Below are positions 34,022 to 39,255 of a stretch of DNA of 39,255 nt, one piece after another. This DNA is from Bacillota bacterium (GTDB taxonomy: Bacteria > Bacillota > Clostridia > Acetivibrionales > DTU013): NCBI GenBank assembly GCA_023415815.1, contig JAEZJL010000331.1, positions 1-39,255 on the forward strand, written 5' to 3'. The position numbers and the translations under genes were made by a program. The number at the start of each line of letters is the position of its first letter. Position 1 is the stretch's first letter. Under the pieces are notes generated by a model. That model saw only the letters and a program-made list of their open reading frames with translations. It ran no database searches and was not told the origin of the DNA.

Positions 34022-35815
34022 ATGGAAGTGGTCGGACTGAATATCAAAGCAAAATTCATACTAACCTCCATAGTTACTTTTACGATTGCCATCATTATTA
34101 TTTCCGCCTATATGTACTACGAGTACACCGACTCGTACAGCGACCAGGTAAATGTTGCGGACAGGCAGATTTTGAGCCAGCTTTCCTACAATCTGGACAT
34201 CTACCTCGACGAGATTTACCGTCTGACCCTGCTGCCCTATTACAATGAAGCCGTGCTTGAACAGATGAGAAACGGCAATGCCGATACCCTGCAAAAAAAA
34301 TATATTAAAAAATATACCATCGAGGGCTTCCTGAACAATACCCTGCTCTTCCCGAGAAGGGATATCCAGAGGGCGATCATCATTTCCAACGGCCTCTATT
34401 TTTCCGAGTGGAACTCCAATTCAATCCTTACCTATGAGCAGCAGATAAATTCCGACTGGTACAAAAAAATCTGCGAAGAGAAAAAACCCATGGTCCTCCT
34501 GCCCGGGAGCGAGGGCGCCGAGCGCCCGTCAAAAAACCCTTCGTTTTCGGTGATAAATACCATCCAAAACACGAACAGCGACTTCTCCATTCTGGGAATC
34601 ATCCGGGTGGAAGCCAACTACAACACGCTGAAGGATTTGTGCAGCAAGGTGTATATGGGAAATGAAGGAGGAGTGATGATCCTTTCCGAGGATAACGCGG
34701 TGATCTATGCCAGCCTTGATATTGAAAGGATGCCGTCTCTTCTGGAAGAGATATCCGGGTTCGGCGGCGGGACCGAGCTCCAGGGCTATCATCACAACGG
34801 CAGCCTGATAAACAGCGTTTCCCTGAGTCATTTCGGCTGGAGGCTCGTTTCGGTAAATTCTCTGGATACAATGAAAGCTCAGCTGAATAAAATACGCAAA
34901 ACCATTCTTTTAGGAGTATGCTTTACTTTCCTGTGCACCTCCGTGCTGCTTTACCTGATGATGTCCAGATACTTCAAGCCCTTTTACCGGATCATCGATC
35001 TGATGAAAACGGCCAGGAGAGGCTTTTCCTCCGTCAGGTATCACGGGGAGTCCAGGGATGAGTTCGGATATCTGGGCAATACGCTCAACAGCATGCTTGA
35101 CAATCTCAATGAAATGTACGAGCAGAACGCGGAGCTCGATAAAAAGATATACAATGCCCAGCTTTTCCAGCGCGAGACGGAGATCCAGCTTTTATACAGC
35201 CAGATCCGCCCCCATTTCATTTACAACACCCTGAACATGATAAGCATACAGATACAGACGGAGCAATTCGACGAGGCGGTGGACAGCATCAACAAGCTCA
35301 GCCTTTTGATGCGCGGCGTCGCATATATAAATAAGGAAATTCCCCTTAAAATGGAGCTTGCAATTATCGATTCGTACCTGTCCATCCAGAAATCGCGGTA
35401 CGGTGACAGATTGAGCTTTACGGTCGATATCGACAAAAGTCTCGAGAATTTTGTACTTCCTTCGCTGATCCTGCAGCCTGTAATTGAAAATGTGGTAATG
35501 CACTGCTGCGAGCATACGCACCGGAAGGTGCACATAAGCATATACAGCCTGTTTACCGACCGGAATGCCCAGATCAACGTCGAGGACGACGGCGAGGGCA
35601 TCAGCGCGGAAAAGCTCGAGGAGCTTAACCTGAACCTGCTTGGCGGGCAGCCGGACAAAAGCCGGTTTATAAACGACCTTTCCAAAGCCGGCGGACTTGG
35701 ACTCGCAAATGTGAACACCAGGCTGAAAATGCGCTTCGGCGAAGCGTACGGCCTTCATGTCGAGAGCATCCCCGGAAAGGGGACGACGGTGAAGGTCCTT
35801 CTGCCCTGCGCATGA
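34022..35815 (+). CDS. YesM-like sensor histidine kinase (TM, large extracellular domain, TM, HAMP, His_kinase/LytS-type, HATPase_c)
   Basis: 597 aa. Phosphoacceptor region LYSQIRPHFIYNTLN. ATPase motifs LQPVIENVVMH, DDGEGI, GGLGLANV. Confidence 0.85.
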   Translation: MEVVGLNIKAKFILTSIVTFTIAIIIISAYMYYEYTDSYSDQVNVADRQILSQLSYNLDIYLDEIYRLTLLPYYNEAVLEQMRNGNADTLQKKYIKKYTIEGFLNNTLLFPRRDIQRAIIISNGLYFSEWNSNSILTYEQQINSDWYKKICEEKKPMVLLPGSEGAERPSKNPSFSVINTIQNTNSDFSILGIIRVEANYNTLKDLCSKVYMGNEGGVMILSEDNAVIYASLDIERMPSLLEEISGFGGGTELQGYHHNGSLINSVSLSHFGWRLVSVNSLDTMKAQLNKIRKTILLGVCFTFLCTSVLLYLMMSRYFKPFYRIIDLMKTARRGFSSVRYHGESRDEFGYLGNTLNSMLDNLNEMYEQNAELDKKIYNAQLFQRETEIQLLYSQIRPHFIYNTLNMISIQIQTEQFDEAVDSINKLSLLMRGVAYINKEIPLKMELAIIDSYLSIQKSRYGDRLSFTVDIDKSLENFVLPSLILQPVIENVVMHCCEHTHRKVHISIYSLFTDRNAQINVEDDGEGISAEKLEELNLNLLGGQPDKSRFINDLSKAGGLGLANVNTRLKMRFGEAYGLHVESIPGKGTTVKVLLPCA

Positions 35816-35853
35816 GGCCTTAATAATATCGGTGATAACAGGAGGGCTTTTCC

Positions 35854-37497
35854 GTGATAAAGGTTATGGTAGTTGACGATGAATTTGCAACCAGGAATTT
35901 TTTATGCCGCAAGGTCCCGCAGCTAAACGCGGAATGCGTGGTAGTGGGCAGCGGAGCCGACGGCAGGGAAGCGCTCGAGCTGCTGGAGAGCACCGGTGCG
36001 GACCTTGTCATAACGGACATCAAGATGCCCGTCATGGACGGCCTTGAGCTGTGCAGGGAAATCAGGAGCAGGTATCCCGGGATTTTCACCGCCATACTGA
36101 GCGGATACGGCGAATTCGACTTTGCGCGGCAGGCGATCCGGAACGGCGTTTCCGATTTCCTGCTGAAGCCTATCGTCAACGATCAGCTTAAATGCCTGCT
36201 GGACGCTATGAGGGACAGGATAAGGCTTCAGTCGGAGCAGCGGATGAAGCAGCTGAAAAGCGAGGAGCGGGTCAGCAGGACGTCGGAGTGGCTGGTCTGC
36301 AGCTATATAAAATCGGCGGCTCTCGGCCGGAAGGCGGAGACGGCTTCCTGCAAAGCCCTGCTGGAAGAGCTGGACATACAGCTGTACGACGGCCCCTTCA
36401 GTTATTTGCAGTTTTCAATGGCGGCCGGTCTGTTTTCTTCCTCATATAAATATTTCTCCAGCTTCGCGGAGCCGGGGAATGAGCTCCCAAAAGCCGTGGC
36501 AAAAGCCGCCGGAGCGCTCGGAGGATATGTTTTCAGCGATTCGTACGGCAATGTCGCCCTGCTGGTCCCCACCCCGGATGAAAAGCATTTCTGCCGGACG
36601 GCGGAGTCGGCGTATCAAAGGGTTGCTTCCAATCTGCCCTCCGGATCCGGTGAAATAAGAGCCGCCGCAGTTTTCGCCGGGGAGACGGGAAAGCTTTCCG
36701 CGGCTTATGAGCAGGCCGGGAGCCTGGCCTTCTCCGACACCCGGAAGCCGGTCGCCTGCTTCATACCGGAGGTGCATTTCTTCCCCGAGCCCGACTGTAT
36801 GCTGGTTACCGATAAGGAGTACCAGCGGCTTTCAGATATTAAAAAGGGCGTGCGGACGCTCCGGGCGGCGGTATCGGACGGCGACAGCCTGACGGTTTCC
36901 GCCTCTGCCGGCGAGCTCTTTTTGCTGATAAGCAAAGCCATGCCGGATAAAACTCCGGGGGAAAAATTGTACGGCATCGGGATAGCCGCTTCGCTCTGCT
37001 TTGAGGAGGGGCGCTCCGGGCAGTGGCTTGACGAAATGGCGCAGCTTTCCCGCGACTGCGATCGTATTTCTGCTTTAGGGCAGGAGGAGATCCCCGGAGA
37101 ATTGACGGACCGGTTCGTCAGGCTGCTGTGGGGGCTGAAGGACAGGGAAATAAGCGACCGGCCTTCGAGCAGCCGTATTGTGGAGAGCGCCAGGGATATC
37201 ATTCTGAACAATTACCGCCGGCCTGTGAGCCTGTCTTCGGTTGCCGGACAGATCGGCGTTTCGTCCAATTACTTGAGCGACGTGTTCAGCAGGGAGACCG
37301 GGGAGACGTTTTTAAAATACCTGACCGGGGTGCGCATGAGGATTGCCGCGCATTATGTGGAAAGCAAGCCTTTGATGAGCATGAATGAAATTGCGGAGAA
37401 AACCGGGTATGTGAGCTCAAAGCACTTCCTGCACATATTCAAAAAGCACTTCGGCATGACGCCCTCGGATTACCGGCGGAAGATTAAGGGTCATTGA
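35854..37497 (+). CDS. YesN-like response regulator (REC domain + AraC/XylS-type HTH output)
   Basis: 547 aa. REC motifs MVVDDE, LVITDIKMPVMDG, LLKP. C-terminal AraC HTH (SSNYLSDVFSRETGETFLKYLTGVRM...GYVSSKHFLHIFKKHFGMTPSDYR). GTG start with a GGAGGG RBS. Confidence 0.85.
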   Translation: MIKVMVVDDEFATRNFLCRKVPQLNAECVVVGSGADGREALELLESTGADLVITDIKMPVMDGLELCREIRSRYPGIFTAILSGYGEFDFARQAIRNGVSDFLLKPIVNDQLKCLLDAMRDRIRLQSEQRMKQLKSEERVSRTSEWLVCSYIKSAALGRKAETASCKALLEELDIQLYDGPFSYLQFSMAAGLFSSSYKYFSSFAEPGNELPKAVAKAAGALGGYVFSDSYGNVALLVPTPDEKHFCRTAESAYQRVASNLPSGSGEIRAAAVFAGETGKLSAAYEQAGSLAFSDTRKPVACFIPEVHFFPEPDCMLVTDKEYQRLSDIKKGVRTLRAAVSDGDSLTVSASAGELFLLISKAMPDKTPGEKLYGIGIAASLCFEEGRSGQWLDEMAQLSRDCDRISALGQEEIPGELTDRFVRLLWGLKDREISDRPSSSRIVESARDIILNNYRRPVSLSSVAGQIGVSSNYLSDVFSRETGETFLKYLTGVRMRIAAHYVESKPLMSMNEIAEKTGYVSSKHFLHIFKKHFGMTPSDYRRKIKGH

Positions 37498-37510
37498 CCG
37501 TGAGACCGTG

Positions 37511-37547
37511 AAAAATCAGGTGTGCCTGTGCGCCTGATTTTTTTCTC
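37511..37547 (+). terminator. Intrinsic terminator after the response-regulator gene
   Basis: AATCAGGTG (37514-37522) pairs with CGCCTGATT (37531-37539) with one G-U pair, followed by a T-run to 37547. The A-run on the 5' side could make it bidirectional. Confidence 0.75.
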
Positions 37548-37556
37548 AATAAAATT

Positions 37557-37596
37557 CGAACAAGTGTTTGCATTTTAAAAACAACTTGGGTATAAT
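37557..37596 (+). promoter_or_regulatory. LexA (Cheo)-type SOS box overlapping the uvrA promoter
   Basis: CGAACAAGTGTTTG (37557-37570). -35 TTGCAT (37568-37573), 17-nt spacer, -10 TATAAT (37591-37596). Confidence 0.75.
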
Positions 37597-37601
37597 AGTG
37601 A

Positions 37602-37653
37602 GGGGACACACCTCTCCCGCCGACGGACTGAGCGTCGAGGAATGTCCCCTTTT
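37602..37653 (+). ncRNA. uvrA leader module: terminator-like hairpin homologous to the uvrB leader modules
   Basis: GGGGACA (37602-37608) pairs with TGTCCCC (37643-37649), with inner CCTC/GAGG and CGACG/CGTCG helices, followed by TTTTGACGCTGAAGCT. Additional GGGACACACTTCTCCCGCCG (37670-37689) and GGGGACAGGG (37689-37698) half-sites lie downstream. Confidence 0.55.
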
Positions 37654-37769
37654 GACGCTGAAGCTATTTGGGACACACTTCTCCCGCCGGGGACAGGGCT
37701 CTGGGTTGGTTCAATATAGATGCGAGGCGGATTGGACTTGATTTTTATTATTGACAGGCAGGTGCTTAT

Positions 37770-39255
37770 ATGACTACAAACAGTATTTTTATCAAGGGCG
37801 CGAGGGAGCATAACCTCAAAAACATCGATGTGGAGATACCGAGGGACAAGTTCGTCGTGATTACCGGCCTCAGCGGTTCGGGCAAATCCTCGCTGGCCTT
37901 CGACACGATCTACGCCGAAGGGCAGAGGCGCTATGTGGAGTCCCTCTCGGCCTATGCAAGGCAGTTCCTCGGCCAGATGGAAAAGCCCGAGGTGGACTAT
38001 ATTAACGGGCTTTCGCCGGCAATCTCGATAGACCAGAAGACCACCAGCAGGAATCCGCGTTCGACCGTCGGCACGGTCACGGAGATATACGACTATCTAA
38101 GGCTTCTTTATGCGCGTATCGGAATACCGCACTGCCACATCTGCGGCAAGGAGATAAGTCAGCAGACCGTCGACCAGATGGTGGACGGCATCATGAGCAA
38201 GGAGGAAGGGACCAGGATACAGCTGCTGGCGCCCGTGGTCAGAGGCAGGAAGGGCGAGTACCACAAGCTGATAGAGGACGCCAGGAAGAACGGCTACGTG
38301 AGGGTCCGGGTCGACGGAGAGGTAAGGGAGATAACGGAAGAGATCAATCTGGATAAAAACAAGAAGCACACCATAGAAATCGTTGTGGACAGGCTGATAG
38401 TAAGACCGGATATGCATAAAAGGCTTGCGGACTCCATCGAGACCGCCCTGCACCTGAGCGGAGGCTTGCTGGTGGTCGACGTGACGGGCGGCGAGGAAAT
38501 GCTTTTCAGCCAGAATTTTGCCTGCAGCGACTGCGGGGTGAGCATCGAAGAGCTGACCCCAAGGATGTTCTCCTTCAACAACCCCTATGGCGCCTGCCCC
38601 ACGTGCAGCGGCCTGGGGACGCTTCTCAAGATGGACCCGGACCTGATCCTGCCCGACCGGACCAAATCCCTTTCCGGAGGGGCGATAAGGGTGGGCGGCT
38701 GGAATTCGGAAAACGAAGACAGCTACGCCAGGATGTTCATCAACGGTCTTGCAAAGCATTACAGCTTCAGTGTAGACACTCCCGTAAACAAGCTATCCCC
38801 GGAAATTGTGGATATCATACTCTACGGCACCAAGGGTGAAAAAATACAGGTCGCCTATGAGAAGGAATACGGCAGCGGGACCTTCCACTCCGCTTTCGAG
38901 GGCGTAATAAACAGCATGGAGAGACGCTACAAGGAAACGCAGTCGGACGGGATGAAGCAGTATTACGAGGAATTCATGAGCAGCAATCCCTGTCCGGATT
39001 GCAAGGGCGCCAGGCTGAAAAAAGAGAGCCTTGCCGTGACCATAGGCGGCTGTAACGCACACGAGCTGACCTGTATGCCCGTGCTTGACGTCAGGGGATT
39101 TTTTGCGGACCTGAAGCTCAGCGAGCGGGAAAACTTGATTGCGCACCAGATATTGAAGGAAATCAACGCAAGGATAGGCTTCCTTGTGGACGTGGGGCTC
39201 GATTACCTGACGCTGTCGAGATCCGCAGGCACCCTCTCGGGCGGCGAGGCCCAGC
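37770..39255 (+). CDS. uvrA: Excinuclease ABC subunit A, 5' part (continues beyond the window)
   Basis: My own translation from ATG 37770 gives [73 protein letters not shown]..., with the zinc-finger CHICG...CSDCG. The frame stays open to the end of the window, which explains its absence from the ORF track. Confidence 0.95.
   Translation, partial: MTTNSIFIKGAREHNLKNIDVEIPRDKFVVITGLSGSGKSSLAFDTIYAEGQRRYVESLSAYARQFLGQMEKPEVDYINGLSPAISIDQKTTSRNPRSTVGTVTEIYDYLRLLYARIGIPHCHICGKEISQQTVDQMVDGIMSKEEGTRIQLLAPVVRGRKGEYHKLIEDARKNGYVRVRVDGEVREITEEINLDKNKKHTIEIVVDRLIVRPDMHKRLADSIETALHLSGGLLVVDVTGGEEMLFSQNFACSDCGVSIEELTPRMFSFNNPYGACPTCSGLGTLLKMDPDLILPDRTKSLSGGAIRVGGWNSENEDSYARMFINGLAKHYSFSVDTPVNKLSPEIVDIILYGTKGEKIQVAYEKEYGSGTFHSAFEGVINSMERRYKETQSDGMKQYYEEFMSSNPCPDCKGARLKKESLAVTIGGCNAHELTCMPVLDVRGFFADLKLSERENLIAHQILKEINARIGFLVDVGLDYLTLSRSAGTLSGGEAQ

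Overview
This looks like a chromosomal segment from a Gram-positive, Clostridia-like anaerobe. The signs are GGAGG-type ribosome-binding sites, YesM/YesN-type two-component genes, CUT1-type sugar ABC loci without ATPase genes, and Cheo-type (GAAC-N4-GTTT) SOS boxes. I saw no rRNA, tRNA, CRISPR array, transposase or integrase.

Gene content, left to right:
- A 3' gene fragment, then an MBL-fold hydrolase.
- A CxxC membrane protein with a sensor histidine kinase that has no response regulator next to it, then a small membrane protein.
- A DUF4097-like lipoprotein, a split ThrE-type exporter pair, and a LysM+CAP secreted protein (minus strand).
- A type IIA topoisomerase pair (ParE/ParC-like) and a TVP38/DedA-like membrane protein.
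- A visibly AT-richer ~9.4 kb sugar-utilisation cassette: AraR-like GntR/PBP1 regulator, solute-binding protein, two permeases, GH2, a BNR/Asp-box propeller protein and a GH127 beta-L-arabinofuranosidase-like enzyme.
- Aspartate kinase (minus strand), then uvrB.
- A MocR-type regulator followed by a paralogous aminotransferase.
- A second CUT1 transporter flanked by a DHDPS/N-acetylneuraminate-lyase-family aldolase and an HpcH/HpaI aldolase, then a YesM/YesN-like two-component system.
- The 5' part of uvrA, which runs off the window.

Most interesting signal: uvrB and uvrA are about 12 kb apart, yet each has the same upstream design. A GAACAnnTGTTTG LexA-type box overlaps the -35, and it is followed by TATAATAG(G)TGA. 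From about +1 there is then a conserved GGGGACA...TGTCCCCTTTTGACGCT terminator-like hairpin module, tandemly duplicated at uvrB and single plus extra half-sites at uvrA. I do not recognise this leader as a described RNA or operator class.

A third copy of the same SOS-box variant lies inside the parE/parC promoter.

Other leads:
- An exact 20-nt box with an 11-bp internal direct repeat sits upstream of both transcription units flanking the orphan kinase.
- The GH2/BNR/GH127 island looks acquired.
- The transporter bracketed by two pyruvate-lyase-type aldolases has no other catabolic enzymes.

All functional calls come from reading motifs in the supplied translations. No database search was run.
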